This document shows, piece by piece, positions 12,783 to 26,153 of a stretch of DNA of 64,000 bases. Source of the stretch: Camelus ferus (Eukaryota); contig NC_045696.1 of NCBI RefSeq assembly GCF_009834535.1, positions 27,034,001 to 27,098,000 on the forward strand, in the 5' to 3' direction. Both the position numbers and the translations under genes were made by a program. The notes beneath the pieces are model-generated. The model ran no database searches. It saw nothing but the letters and a program-made list of their open reading frames with translations, and was not told where the DNA came from. Position 1 is the stretch's first letter. Each line of letters begins with the position of its first letter.

Positions 12783-13339
12783 CTGACAGTAAATACAGTT
12801 TAGGCTTATGCAGTGACCATTGCCACTTAAGCATCTGTAGTCAATGAATAGTTGTTGAATAAATAAGGGAACAAATGTCTTTTATTCTTAAGCTGTTTCT
12901 TTTTTCCAAATACTTCTGATCACGTTTCTAACAGGTTTAGTTTTCTTTTTTATTGAGTTGTAAAGAAACATTCTTAAAGAACTAGGAGCATTTATATTAC
13001 AATTGTCATTTCAAGTGCACACAAATAAAAAATATAGATAAATACTGTTATCCTATTAATATCTAGGAACATAGTTTAATTCATCAGTTGTATTTAATCA
13101 GATCAGTTATAACTAATTTGTTAAAAGAGAAAAGAAGTAAAAGACAATATACCCAGTCCTCTCCAGAGCCAGCCTTTTGTGCATTCAATGCCTAGCACCT
13201 TATCTGGCATATTTTATTTAGGTCCTCAATATATATTTGTGAAGTGTAGATTATCCTGCTGAAACTTAACTTCTTACAGAATCCCTTGGACAAGAAGGCA
13301 TGTCTCCAGCTTTTTCATAATAATGTTCACTTCATTATT

Positions 13340-14130
13340 TAAAGGAAAATCTGCTTATCTCTACTCACAGACTCAATTCTTCCAGCACCCAAAAGTGTGC
13401 AATTTTCTCCAACATCAAGCAATTTTCAAATTCTCAGTAGACACTGACTGGGTGTCCTACAAATTAACTCAATTCTGACACTCCTCGAAGAGAATGTCAC
13501 ATCCTACAGGTGAAGGGCTCAGTCCCACAACACTGCCCCCACTTCAGACACTAATTGCAAGTCCCAGTTGTTCTGACCAGGCAACTGTAAAGTGGGGTTC
13601 CCGTAGCCCCCTCCTTGTGTTTGATAATTTGCTATACTGACTCACAGAACTCAGGGAAACATCTGACTTATGCTTACTGGTTTACTATAAAAGGATGCAA
13701 CTCAGTAATGGCCAGATGGGAGGAACACATAAGGCACAGTATGGAGTAGGCATGTGCAGAGCTGCTGTGCCCTCTCTGGGCACGTAACCCTCCCAGCACC
13801 TACATATGTTCATCAACCTGGAAGTTTACAAAATCTGATTGTTCAAGGATATTGATATAGAGTAATCTCCATTCCCACATTCCCTTTCTTAGAGGTCAGT
13901 GAGTGGGACTCACAGTTCCAATCCTCTAATTAGTCTTTCCACTGACCAGTCCCATCCTGAGGCTATGTAGGACCCCAGCCCCAAGTCACCTCATTAGCAT
14001 AAGCTCAAGAATGATCAAAGGGATGTGTTATGAATAATAGAAGATACTCCTATCACTCAGGAAATTCCAAGGGTTTTAGGAGCTCTGTGCCACGAACCAG
14101 GGACAAAAAAAAATATTTTTTACTATCCCA
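13340..14130. mobile_element. MER21-like LTR
   Basis: ctgggtgtcctacaaattaactcaattctgacact, agggctcagtcccacaacactgcccccacttcagac, gaaattccaagggttttaggagctctgtgcc. Confidence 0.75.
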
Positions 14131-14939
14131 TAACCGTCATGTTCTTTTAATGGGTATGTTAAAAAATAATTTGATATTACATCAAATTATATAATATGGT
14201 ATGTGATAATTACAGCTATATGATATGACAAATGAAGATCATCTATAAAATGCTAAAACAAGGTATAATCTAATTTAAATGAGAGAGGGCAGTCATTTGA
14301 GTCAGAAATGCTGTAGACATTATCCCAAATAATGTGATGCACACAAAGTTTAAAATCTACTGATCAAAGGAATTTATAATAGCAAGACAGACTATATTCT
14401 GGATAAACTGGTACAAATGTAATTAAATTATACTGGAAAGAATATCTCATATTTAAATTATCACTGAATAAAATACAAAATGTAAGTGAGAGTCAGGAAA
14501 ATTTTTGCTTGGTGGTATTGTTGCCTTGGTTTCTGCTTCTGCCCAATATCATTGTTCCTTTCTCTTGAATCAAGATTTTTATTTTATGTACCAGCTAAAG
14601 CTTTTAATGACTTTAATAACTTTCTAGAGATATTAATCAGAATATCTAAATCAACTCAGTTAAAACTGCATGATGCTATCCAGATAAGATAAACAGATAT
14701 TTATCCCTAAGTAAATAATAGATACAAGATAGTGAAAAGGAATGTTTCATCAATAACTACCACCTTTTATTTCAGAAAATTCTTTGGTGTAAAATGTAGA
14801 ATTGTAGCTTTCATTTTCTGTGAAAGAAAACTAAGTATTTCATGCAACCTTAACCAAACTTCATTCTGTAGAGTATTCTCTCTATTCATTGAAGCATCTT
14901 TGTCCTAGCTTCAGCTTTTGTATTTTGAAAAGCTTTAAA

Positions 14940-15129
14940 GATAAACAAGATTGCACTGTGTAGCATAGGGAAATATATACAGGATCTTGTGGTGGCTCAC
15001 AGCGAAAGAGAATGTGACAATGAATGTATGTATGTTCATGTATAACTGAAAAATTGTGCTCTACACTGGAATTTGACACAACATTGTAAAATGACTATAA
15101 CTCAATAAAAAATGTTAAAAAAAAAAAAA
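14940..15129 (+). mobile_element. Young lineage-specific L1 3' end with poly(A) and TSD aaaagctttaaa
   Basis: L1 3'UTR, aataaa, A-tail; TSD at 14928-14939 and 15126-15137. Confidence 0.85.
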
Positions 15130-15176
15130 GCTTTAAAAAATTTTTCTTCTTCCTTGTTGGAATAGGGAAGACATAC

Positions 15177-15282
15177 CCAATTTAGAATATGGATTACACA
15201 TCCAAAAAAGGAACCAGCCCAGCTAAGCAACTCTTTTTCTTCTTTGTTGGAGATCCGTGTAGGTTCTAATGAGCTCAGTCTC
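15177..15282 (-). pseudogene. Exon remnant (106 nt, 0->1): ETELIRTYTDLQQRRKRVA*LGWFLFWMCNPYSKL
   Basis: ctccccag / gtatgt. Confidence 0.7.
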
Positions 15283-15538
15283 CTGGGGAGCATTTTAATG
15301 GTTTTTACCGCCTCCCCTGAAAGACTATGTTTATACTAAATTCTGATATAGTATACAGGACTTGTATGGTAATTAGCATTCAAATGGACCACTGATTTCC
15401 CTTTCATTGAGTGGGTTGTCTATTTCCAGGCTCAGAAATGGAATCCAATGAGTTAGAGCTTATAATAATCAAGACATACTAACAATTCAAATCCTAAATC
15501 AAACATCCAACATAGAGGGTGCAAAAGAGAAGCATCAC

Positions 15539-15613
15539 CCCTGTCTCAGACTGGTCAAACCACCAAAAGGGAATAAAATCATGAAGAGGGCAAACTCTTT
15601 CATGGCTAATGGT
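15539..15613 (-). pseudogene. Exon remnant (75 nt, 0->0): TISHERVCPLHDFIPFWWFDQSETG
   Basis: ttgctcatag / gtgatg. Confidence 0.6.
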
Positions 15614-15844
15614 CTATGAGCAAATGTGAGTGTGAGTAGCCAGAAAAATAAAATGCTATGTATAATGTCAAAGTGAAATTGAAAGATGGAATATGTTGAG
15701 TTTTAGGTTTCAAACTTTGCCACGTCTTTAATCACAGTCTATATTGTTTTCAATGTAGTCACCGATAAAATTCAAGCAAGAGAAAAATGAAGTAAAAATT
15801 CAATGTACTTGCTTGATAAATATTTTAGGAATTCACCTAATGAC

Positions 15845-15879
15845 CTTAATGAGGAGCTGGCAATTATTCCAGACCAACA
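15845..15879 (-). pseudogene. Exon remnant (35 nt, 1->0): LVWNNCQLLIK
   Basis: gattctcag / gtcatt; sits at the G-alpha 'ILFLNKKDLL' position. Confidence 0.5.
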
Positions 15880-16451
15880 CTGAGAATCACAATCATTTTA
15901 CAATTCCCTTAAATCATGTTATAGTATATGAAAACATTTAACACTGTATATGTTAATATTTTGGGACAGAGATCCCCTACAAAATCTAACAAAATCCTTG
16001 TACTTTCTCAGTGCATCCTTAGTGAAATGCAAATCTATTCATACAATTGTTTTTAATCATTAAATTATAAAGGTAAAACAAATAAAAGTGGAATGACTTT
16101 GCACTTCAAGTCTTTAATGAATATTAGTCATTTAATTCATATACATATTATTGGTCTAATTGTGGTTTGCCTTTTTTTTTTCCGAGTCTATGTCTGTACT
16201 GAATGGTTAGAAATTAATAAAGTGAAAGCAACAAAGAGCTTGAATAAAAACATAAATTTAAAAAGTTGACTTTATAAAATATCTCTCTCACTTACAAAAT
16301 AATAAAAAGATAATAGCTCAGTGAGCAATAACCTACCAGATTTGTAAAAGATCAAAATAGTCATTATTATTCACATCTACAAATGAATGGGAAAGCAGAA
16401 GAAATTAAACTCACAGTATTTTATTTAAAGAAATACTTTTGCTACACTTAC

Positions 16452-16533
16452 GTTCTACACAAATAGCATGAATATATTTTTAGCACAATTAACCAAATAC
16501 CCCTGAGCCTACTTTCCTTTTCATGGCTTTAGG
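16452..16533 (-). pseudogene. Exon remnant (82 nt, 0->1): PKAMKRKVGSGVFG*LC*KYIHAICVE
   Basis: attaaccag / gtaagt. Confidence 0.6.
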
Positions 16534-16620
16534 CTGGTTAATGTGAAATTTAATTTGTGCTAATCTTCTCAAGGTTAGCAAAGTGTGAAATACACTGTAC
16601 ACTGGATTTACCCAACTTAC

Positions 16621-16670
16621 AGTAGCCTTGAATTTGTGTAAAATTTTAGAAAATAATGTCTTAGAATTTT
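16621..16670 (-). pseudogene. Exon remnant (50 nt, 1->0): [16 protein letters not shown]
   Basis: poly-T+gattag / gtaagt; resembles G-alpha alpha3 (Gq ESKALFRTI). Confidence 0.7.
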
Positions 16671-17373
16671 CTAATCAAAAAAAAAAAAAAAAAAAAAAAA
16701 GAAAGAAATAACCTTGAGGCTCCATCATCAGGGCTGAAAACTATGCTAAAATTATAAAGGAGATGAAATGTCCAGGGTAGACCAACAGAGACTGCATGTA
16801 AGAAGCTCTTAAAATGAATTTAATTATTATAGAAGAACTCTATTTAAAGCCACAGATATAAATTATTTATTTTAAAGCTGAAACGGAAGAGTTGTGGAAA
16901 AGTCACCTGAATATTGCCCTTAACAATAAAAATCTGTCTGGTCCCAGAAACTAGCTCATCATGTAATTGTCTAGGATTAGAGAAACCAAAATTTGGAGTT
17001 TCTCCTCTGTATAAGAATGAACTGTCCTAACTCTCTCCAACTTACAAAATAGGGACCTTATATTTAGGAGACTCAGTGAAACCATTTAGGTGGCCAATCT
17101 AGTTACATACCTGATTCATCTAAAAAGCATTAGTGGCACATATAAACAACTTTTAAATGCATAGTAGGTGGTAAGAAAAATGGGTGTGGTATTGGATTTG
17201 TATTCTAAATGCACAAGGCTATTACACTGAAAGAAAATTTTACAAAACACTTAATGGATTAAACTTGAAAAGGAGTAATGATGTGAAAAAATATATAGGA
17301 GAAGAAGCAAATTGCATGCAATAAGGCAGAAAATAAAATTCAGTGAGATTTAGGTTTGTACAAACAGAGTTAT

Positions 17374-17423
17374 CTCAAACAAGCCGCTTAGTTTGCATTC
17401 TTTTCTGGGAACTCATAACAGAG
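17374..17423 (-). pseudogene. Exon remnant (50 nt, frameshift, donor mutated ataact): LCYEFPEK/MQTKRLV
   Basis: gtttccatag acceptor. Confidence 0.5.
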
Positions 17424-18083
17424 CTATGGAAACACAGTAAGGGTTGGGTAACTTGATCGTACAAAATTAAGATGTGTGTGCGCATGTGTATCTGTTTAGC
17501 TACATGATATTGAAAGCCATATTTTAACAATATACCAACATTTAAAAGAAATGCAAGGCAAATAAAGTAGAAAGTCATTTCAAATAAATCACAGTAGCCT
17601 TATTATTCTATGATGAGCTCAATATGTTCAGTTAAAATATACAAAATCCTTTGACATTTAAAGTGCTATGTAAATTTAAGGTAATGGCACATGGTAAAGG
17701 CACAAAAAATTAATGTATTGTGAAAATAATTTTATTCTTTTATGTGACTGTGAATACACATTTGTAGAAGAAATAAATGTGTTATTCTTCCTGCATGAAG
17801 ATGATGGTATGAAATAACTTTTACTATAATGGGTACTTTGACTTATTTATTATGGAAGCTAGTGAACCTGGATATAAAAAGATGGATGGGAGAAAATTTC
17901 TTAGTTATGTCGAGGATGACTTTATTTATAAGAGGAGGACTTGGGGGGAAAAAAAGAGAAAAACTCATAGGTTAATTTAAAAAAAAACCACTTTAATTCC
18001 TGATTTAAAAAGAGCCTCAAATTTCAGGTTTATCTTGTGATAGATGCAAAAATTTTTCCAAAATTTGTAGCACTGCAATCTAC

Positions 18084-18137
18084 CTTGTCCAGAGAAGATA
18101 GTGAAAAACATACCACATCGGTACCTTCAAAACTAGA
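18084..18137 (-). pseudogene. Exon remnant (54 nt, 0->0): SSFEGTDVVCFSLSSLDK
   Basis: tttcctag / gtagat; resembles G-alpha [18 protein letters not shown]. Confidence 0.65.
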
Positions 18138-18639
18138 CTAGGAAACTAAATAATCTACATTAGAGTACTTTCTAGACCAAGTGGCTGGTTGGAATAATTT
18201 TCTCTCTTGATCATAACTGGAAAAACAATGTATTATATTGAGATATTCAACACTTAGCTATGGGTGTTCTTTTATTGTCTTTATAATTATTCATATGTTA
18301 TGAAACGGTTGACAACGTATATGTGACTGTGTAGTAATCATGTAATTGTCTAGCTTAATGAGTGATTCAGATTCTCATATCACTAACTACACAGCACTTT
18401 AGTGATCTGTCTCTGCAAGACAGTAACATATATGCAATGAATCTCTTCAGGTATGACTCCAAGTTAAAAAAAAATTAACTTCTCTTTACCTACTTAAATT
18501 CTACTTAATTTCATCTCCTTTATGAGGCATTTTCCATATTTTCTAGCCAACATTAATTATATTATTTCTGATCATCTAGATTGCTTTTATTTAAAAGTTA
18601 CAATACTTATTGATTTATTAGAAATACTAGGAGAAAGTC

Positions 18640-19900
18640 TAGGTTCTAGATTTGTAATCTAGTGGTAAAAGAAATTTGCTCAAATAAGACTGGCAAACCA
18701 GAAATTTTAAAAGAAAAAGATAGACATTTGATGGTAAAAAATTTGACAAAGGAGATCATAAAGTCAAGACAAAAATATTTAGGGAAAATTTTTACAACGC
18801 AAGGACTTAAGACTCATACCTATAAAATATAAAGATCTTAGTAGTCCATTAAAGACTAAATTCAAGTGTTAAAAAATGTATAAAAAAGATACTCAAGCTT
18901 ATTACAGTTGAAAATAGACAAATTAAGTAACAATGAGACAAAGTAGGATGGCTGTATCACTCTGTGCCCCAACTTGGCAAATTTTTCCTTCATAGCACTT
19001 AAGATCATCAGACTTATATTTACTTGTTTACCTGTTAACTATTTTTGTTTCCCTCCTAGAATATAAGCTCCATGAGAACACAACTTGCATCTGTTGTTCG
19101 CTGCTTTGATGTAATACCTAGAGCAGTGTGTGATGTGTAGGAGGAAGAGAAGAAGTCTGAACATAAAGATATTACTTTACTCTCCTCAACTGGTAGACTT
19201 AAAAAAGAATAATTATATCTGTTGCTGACTAGAATTCTTCACATTGCTAGAAAAAGGTGAATTATTAGTCATTTTGGAAAGCAATTTCATAACAACTACT
19301 AAAATTAGATACCACAATTTCTGAGTTTTATCCTAGAAAAAGGAAAATACGTAAAATATGTCTACCAGGACAGAGTTTAATGCAGCACTGTTGATAAATA
19401 CAAAGCAGAAAGAAAAAAAAAAGATGAATGCTCATCAATAGGGAGAACCATGGAGTAAATTTCTGTACATCACTTTTATGGAACTTTAAGCAAACAAGCA
19501 AATTAAAAAAAAAAAAGAGTTGAAGCTTCCCTAGTTGAAATAAAAGGATTTCCAATAAAGCTGAGTGGGAAAAAAGGGCAGAAAAGCATGCCTATATTAT
19601 TCCTTTTAAAAATAATAATGACCTCCAAAACCTGTAAGTACCTACACATGTGTGTTATAAATATATGAGCATGGGTTAAATGCAACATCAAATATAATGG
19701 TCTGTTAACGTGGTTATGTGTGAGGATCATGATGTGAGGAAAGAAGGTAGGAGTGAGGAAGGGAGTGACAGGCAAAATAGGAAAAAGTTTTTGAAGAAAA
19801 CACTAACAAAATCAGCATCTGATACATTATTATTAAGTTAATTATTTATATCAAATTATATATAAATATATATAAATATAAAATATCTGAATGAAAAATA
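18640..19900 (+). mobile_element. Old L1M(E) 3' region interrupted by an L2/MIR-like piece (~18950-19140)
   Basis: Degenerate ORF2-end/3'UTR motifs. Confidence 0.5.
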
Positions 19901-19984
19901 ATCTCACAGTAGGCAAATGATCAGTATACTGCATTTAGAAGGAAAAAAAGAATAGTGTTAGAGGAGAAATCCAGAGAAACAAAC

Positions 19985-21150
19985 ACACTCAGGCAAGAGA
20001 AACAAAAGCAAAAATAAACAAATGGGACCAAATTAAACTTACAAGCTTTTGCACAGCAAAGGAAAACCATAAGCAAAACAAAAAGACAACTTACTGAATG
20101 GGAGAAAATATTTGCAAATGATGCGACTGACAAAGGCTTAATTTCCAGAATATATAAACAGCTCATATAACTTAATAACAAAACAGCAAACAACCCAATC
20201 CAAAAACGGGCAAAAGACCTAAGTAAGAAATTCTCCAGTGAAAACATGCAAATGGCCAATAGGCACATGAAAAGATGCTCAACATCGCTAATTATCAGAG
20301 AAATGCAAATCAAAACTACATTGAGACATCACCTCACACTAGTCAGAATGGCCATCATTCAAAAAGCCACAAGCAATAAATGTTGGAGAGGGTGTGGAGA
20401 AAAGGGGACCCTCCTACACTGCTGGTGGGGATATGGTTTGGTGCAGCCATTATGGAAAACAGGATGGAGATTCCTCAAAAAACTAAAAATAGATTTACCA
20501 TATGATCCAGCAATCCCACTCCTGGGCAAATATCTGGAGGGAACTCTAATTTGAAAAGATACATCTATCCCAATGTTCATAGCAGAACCATATACAATAG
20601 CCAAGACATGGAAGCAATCTAAATATCCACTGACAGATGACTGGATAAAGAAGTTGTGGTATATTTATACAATGGAATACTACTCAGTGATAAAAAAGAA
20701 TAAAATAATGCCATTTGCAGCAACATGGATGGACCTGGAGATAATCATTCTAAGTGAAGTAACCCAGAGAGAAAGAAAAAAATAAATACCATATAATATC
20801 ACTAATATGTAGAGTCTAAAAAAAAAAAAAGTCACTGAACTCATCTACAAAACAGAAACAGTCTCACAGACATAGTAAACAATCTTATGGTTACCAGAGA
20901 AAGGGTGTGGGAAGGGATAAATCTGGAGGTTTAAAACAACTGTTAACCACTATACATAAAAATAGATAAAAAACAAATTTCTTCTGTATAGCACAGGGAA
21001 CTTTATTCAATATCTTGTAATAACCTTTAATGGAAAAGAATATGAAAATGAATATATGTATGCCTATGTATGTATGAGTGGGACATTATGTTGTACATCA
21101 GAAATTGACACATTATTACTGACTATACTTTCAATAAAAATTTAAAAAAA
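19985..21150 (+). mobile_element. L1 (5'-truncated): ORF2 C-terminus + 3'UTR + poly(A)
   Basis: ORFs 20246..20554 ([19 protein letters not shown]...[16 protein letters not shown]) and 20573..20785 are the L1 ORF2 C-terminal CCHC region. Confidence 0.95.
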
Positions 21151-21529
21151 TAACTCCACTATAGTCTATTACCTTTCAACAACCCAGCTTCACATGCAAG
21201 CTGTAGTACCATCTTTAATTTTCTTTACTACCAGTATTTTCCAAATGGTATTCTAAAAATGGTGTTTCCATCTCCTCTTTCCAGCAAACTCCTTTCCAAT
21301 CTGAGAATTCTACCAGATCTGCTACCTCAAAGGCACTCATCCTACTAGACTTTTCTTCCTCCCTGCAGTGAAACCTCTCCCTGGCATGAATTCTGACGTG
21401 GCCCCTTGTGCTGCCTCTTCCTTTCAGTCCACTTATTTTTAACTGCATTTTCTAGTTTTTCTTTCTCTGCCCATCTTACCTAGAGTTGCATACGATCAAA
21501 AGACAACATCTATTTATAAAAGTAAAAGA

Positions 21530-21685
21530 AAAAGAAAATGGTAATTATGTGAGGTGGTTATGTTAATTAACTTGATTGTGGTGATCATTTCATAATGTAT
21601 ACATCTATCAAAACATCAAGTTGTACACCACAAATATGTACATTTTTATTTGTCAATTACACCTCAACAAAGCTGAAGAAAATAA
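21530..21685 (+). mobile_element. L1MA-type 3' end
   Basis: tatgttaattaacttgattgtggtgatcatttcataatgtatacatctatcaaaacatcaagttgtacacc. Confidence 0.8.
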
Positions 21686-22250
21686 AACAAAGTCTAGAGG
21701 TAATAGCTCTGAAGTCCAAGAAAAGAGATACAGGTAATGGAAATTGGAAACCTAATGAAACAATAATAATGATATATTTCAAATTACAAGACCAGAAAAA
21801 AAAGTTTTTGGGGAAATTAATATCATTTCTTTGCTTACAGAAAAGAACATTGAAGATATTTTTCACTAAAAGTCTCAACAAAAAGCTTAAAACCAGCTTG
21901 GAAACTTGCCTAGAGAGCAGTTTTGCTGGCACCTTTATTTAGAAAAAGAATTTTGAAAAATAGTATTTTTTCATAGATCAGTAGAGGCAAAAGAGATAGT
22001 TTGAATGACTTTGGAATAGAAGTGAATAAAGTAAAAAAGAAGAAAATTAAAGAAAACTTTATGAAGACAACAGTAAGCATTAGCAAGATTGAGGCAAGGA
22101 AGAAACCAAACTCTTCAACTTTATTGTGTACCTAGAATATTATTAACTTTGTGTTGTTTGTACTGTAAGGCACTGTAGTGATTTAGCATTTGATTTGTGC
22201 AAAAAAAAAAAAAATAACCGAAAAAACAAATCCAAGTAAGCAATGTTCAC

Positions 22251-22288
22251 CTTTGATATGCTCTCAAAAATTTTAGTATAATTAGCCT
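22251..22288 (-). pseudogene. Exon remnant (38 nt, 1->0): ANYTKIFESISK
   Basis: ctgtattag / gtgaac. Confidence 0.55.
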
Positions 22289-23071
22289 CTAATACAGTAT
22301 TTTAATGTCCAAACTCAATATAGAAGTTGGGCTTTACTTTATTCTTAGCCCCAAACTACCTCCTCTTTCTACACTCAACTCACTCCTCAACTTAACATCT
22401 ATTATTTATCTACAACTGCAGAGAGTATTTTATTAGAAGTGCAGGATGAAAGCTAATGTTTTCATGGTAAATAAGGGGTTTGTTCTAAAATTACCCCCAA
22501 AGGGTTTGTTTTGAATTTTTAGAATTAAATATTCCACAATATTTGAAGTTAAAAATGAACCCCAAAGTGGAACAGTATTCACATTGAACATAGCTGTACC
22601 AAATTATTTGCTTTATTGGCCAATACATTTGCATCTCTCTGGAGAAAGAACCAAGTTAAAACATTTCTTTAGTAACAGGAATTCTGGTGCAGAAGTGGGT
22701 ATGGACAGACACGACTGGTACATGGCCAAGTATGGAAGCAGATGGTCTAAGAATAGTACCCTCTTCCCACACCAGGTGTTTGACTGACTTCATGATGTTC
22801 CCTAGATATTTAAATTTCCTCTGTTATATAACTTCCCAAAAGATAACTTGATCTTCCAATCTCTCTTAATTCCCACAGCACAATTAAATCTCTCCACGTT
22901 CTGTACCTTTCCCTCCCTTTCTGAAGGTAACAGCTGCTAATCTGAACAAGTCATATACTTAATGAAGACCAAAAGTCACTAATTGTTTTTTTTTTTTTTT
23001 TTTTTTTTTTCTGAGCAAGGCAGAATGCAATTCTTTAACACTAGCAAATACAGGCAATACAGACCAGCAAC

Positions 23072-23168
23072 CTGGCCCTTCTATTCTCTCTGGTAAAATA
23101 CACTCCTTATAGCAAAGTGCTTTAACTCCATATGGGATCTGGGTTGAGCCTGCGTGAACCCCGCTTCC
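23072..23168 (-). pseudogene. Exon remnant (97 nt, 0->1): GSGVHAGSTQIPYGVKALCYKECILPERIEGP
   Basis: cctatcccag / gttgct; open; lies within listed ORF 22959..23228. Confidence 0.6.
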
Positions 23169-24120
23169 CTGGGATAGGATATTAAACACGACACAGCTAG
23201 AACAGACACCACTTTCCCCAAACCACAATCAGATTTTGAAGAAGCCATTATGTATAAGTAAAGTCTTTCATATGAAAAAAAATCTTTATGTATCAAAACT
23301 CTACACTAAAATCTGAAAGAAAAAAAAAAGGTGATTCTGAGGAAATTGTATGTGCATTACTTTCTTCAATCTTCAACTCAAAGCATAGTTAGTCCTTTCA
23401 GTTTACGAGGTTCAAGTCAATATTCTCTCCTAAATTCAGTATTCCTAGTTGAGATTACATAAATTGATTTGCACTAATTTTTTTTACTGTTTAAAATGTG
23501 GCATTAACCCAGGTAGGCATAGTTGTTTGAATATATAAACATTTTTTTGAAGGAAAGGCTCTACCACTTCTGTGAAGAAGATGAATGTACTAGGTGCAAT
23601 TATGAACTTGAGTTAAATCTTCCCTCATTATTCATTCCCAAGAGGACTAGAGATCATCACTTTTTTTCGCCTTCATGAGTTCTCTTAGGAAAAGGAGGTT
23701 GATTAATTCATTTTGATTTTTGAGATTTTCTTCTCAAAACAGTTCAATAACAAGGAATAGGCATATTTCTTTTTCTGTTTCAACTTTGGGAATTTTTGGT
23801 CATTAAAACTATTTTTAGCTGAAGTTTAGAAGTATTGCACATATGGATTTCCTTTTGAAACATGGTTTTGAATGAAGTGAGGGTCATATAACCCATTTAC
23901 AGCATTACTTTATGCTCTCTCTTCTGTTCCAAGACTTCCAAAGAATTAATTAAAAGTTGATAGGATTGCCCTTAAAACCAATTATCCCTATGGTCTGAAA
24001 TGCTGAGTACACATTATTGAGTTTTCAAATAAATTGAAAAAAATTTTAGTCAGGCTACAGCATTATCTTAATTTATAAACATTAATACAAGAAAATATCT
24101 GATTTGTTTTAAATGATTAC

Positions 24121-24187
24121 CTCACACTGTATTATCAGTCTTCTCTCTTTCTGCCTGTTTAGAAGCCTATCAGAATACATTCCCAAT
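24121..24187 (-). pseudogene. Exon remnant (67 nt, 2->0): LGMYSDRLLNRQKERRLIIQCE
   Basis: ttattatag / gtaatc; open. Confidence 0.6.
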
Positions 24188-24819
24188 CTATAATAACAGT
24201 GCACAATCATGCATAATTCCTCTGATACTGAATAGTGTTCTAGCTGAGGTGTTTCTGAAATTTAGAGATAGCATTTCACCAGATTTACACCGTGCTTCAA
24301 TTTCTCAGTTGAGGAACCCCTCTAACCTGTTTGTCTTTTCAATCTTGCGTTACGGAGGACTGATGACTTCAGGGACTTTTGACCCTTAACCTTTAAATCC
24401 CTTTTCTTGTCATCATAACATGACTGTCCCATTTTCCATATACACATTTAATTTTTCTTCCTCCACATATATGCGTGCGCACACACACACACACAATATG
24501 AGATTAATAAAAGTTACAGGCAGCAATTGAAATTACTTGCACTGCAGGAGATTTTTTTTTCATGATATCCTCCCCCTTCCAAAAAAAAAGAAAGAAAAAA
24601 AAAGAAAGTAAATGCCTTGAAAAACAGTAGCGAGTATTCTGGTGTCCTTATCATGGCAAGAAACTGTGCTAAGAGCCTAACAGTAATACTTTCATTGAAA
24701 GATGAAGAGTTAAAGCTCAGAGATGTTGAATCATTTACTCTATGCGGGAGAGTGAGTTTTCAGGCCAGGATTTGAATCTAGAAAGTTCGACTCCAAAATC
24801 TCTCACTATGCTGCCATGC

Positions 24820-25329
24820 CTTAGTCAGAGCAAACACACTTTGTGCCCGACAGAGCTAGAGGAAAAAGTTTAAAAGAATGTCATGATACACTGCCATTAA
24901 GACTTCCAGTTTCAACAACAGGAGGTCATCAAACTTAGTTTCTACAAAATTGGAAATAGTTTGTCTCTATAAATATTGCTAAATCAGTGAACAACTGACG
25001 GAAGAAATGAGATCTGTACAGGTGATTCTTATTTCAGGAACAGATTCAATTCCTAATGCTCAGTATTAACTCTATTATTTGAACTTTAAACCCATTTTTA
25101 TATAGAGGCTTTATCTGCAGGGGTTGGAGTATGGCTTCGATAACATGGAGAGATTGTTCTAGACTTGTTACTTAAACATTGACTTAAACACTGAAAGACT
25201 GTTCTCCAGTGACATTAATATATCCATGAATATTAAGATTTATTAATATCTTAACAATTGAATTTTAGGAAATGGTCCATGTTCCTCCATGATCTTATAT
25301 TACAATTCTCTGCATAATCGCACATAACC
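24820..25329 (-). pseudogene. Large exon remnant (3' end approximate): ...KIMEEHGPFPKIQLLRY**ILIFMDILMSLENSL...[19 protein letters not shown]...FLPSVVH*FSNIYRDKLF
   Basis: catcactag acceptor; resembles G-alpha alpha1-alphaA-alphaB-alphaC helical domain. Confidence 0.55.
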
Positions 25330-25575
25330 CTAGTGATGTGCTCATTTCATATTTGAGAATCAACATGATAGGCAATAATGGGCAGCCAAAGTAGCAAGTA
25401 TATAACCTGATGAAAGTTCAGTGAGAAATGTCCCCTCTACTTTCAGTCTTTATGTTATAATATGTGTTAGCATGTGTAATTGCTTAAACATGATTTAGTT
25501 GATTAATTCTTATTTTTCTTTTTTTTTTCTGTAGTTCATAGGAATGGTGTTGGAAGACTTTCTATTTTCGTAAAC

Positions 25576-25857
25576 CTTTCCAATAATTAGTTGTGAAAAC
25601 AAGAATAAAATTGCCCCAATATTTCACAACACAGCCCAACAATTTCAATAAATCTTTGTAATATTGACAACACAATGGTTGATTTCCATTAATATTTTTG
25701 TCTTCTCCAGAATGGGCTGGGGGAGGAATATTGCCTAGCTTTCTATTCTGTCACATTCTAAAATTTCTCCACGTATAACTCCGATTTTAAACATAGTGGG
25801 ATCTTCTGAATTATTTAGTTGTTTCTGGTATGTTTAGCATTTTCCTCTGTGAGCCAC
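25576..25857 (-). pseudogene. Exon remnant (282 nt, frameshifted): VAHRGKC*TYQKQLNNSEDPTMFKIGVIRGEILE.../...YYKDLLKLLGCVVKYWGNFILVFTTNYWK
   Basis: aattctcag / gtttac; end of C2 domain followed by linker. Confidence 0.5.
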
Positions 25858-26153
25858 CTGAGAATTGCATCAGTGTGCTATTTCTGCTCACTAATGAAAA
25901 TGTCAAAGATCAGGCTTAAAAATGTTAAATAAAACTGAGCCAATCAGTCCCCTACTGTTGTTCATTTTGAGGCCAACTTTATTCAAAGACTGGTTTACTC
26001 CCTGTTGCTACTTCTTAGTCTAAGCCTGTAATTGTCAGTAAACATTATCAAACAGGTTTTTGGATTGTCACTGTGAAATAGATGCTCTCGACTGTGATCA
26101 AAACTAACCATTCAAAAGCAGGATTAAGTCAAATATCATTAATTCAGACTTAC

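Noticed and set aside
15102..15613. Stop-free alternative frame (PLAMKEFALFMILFPFGG...RLSSLEPTRISNKEEKELLSWAGSFFG) for two exons
   Set aside because: It fits the downstream exon poorly and loses the colinear G-alpha-like pattern; not formally excluded.
19921..20785. Cluster of long ORFs on both strands
   Set aside because: L1 ORF2 C-terminus and its antisense.
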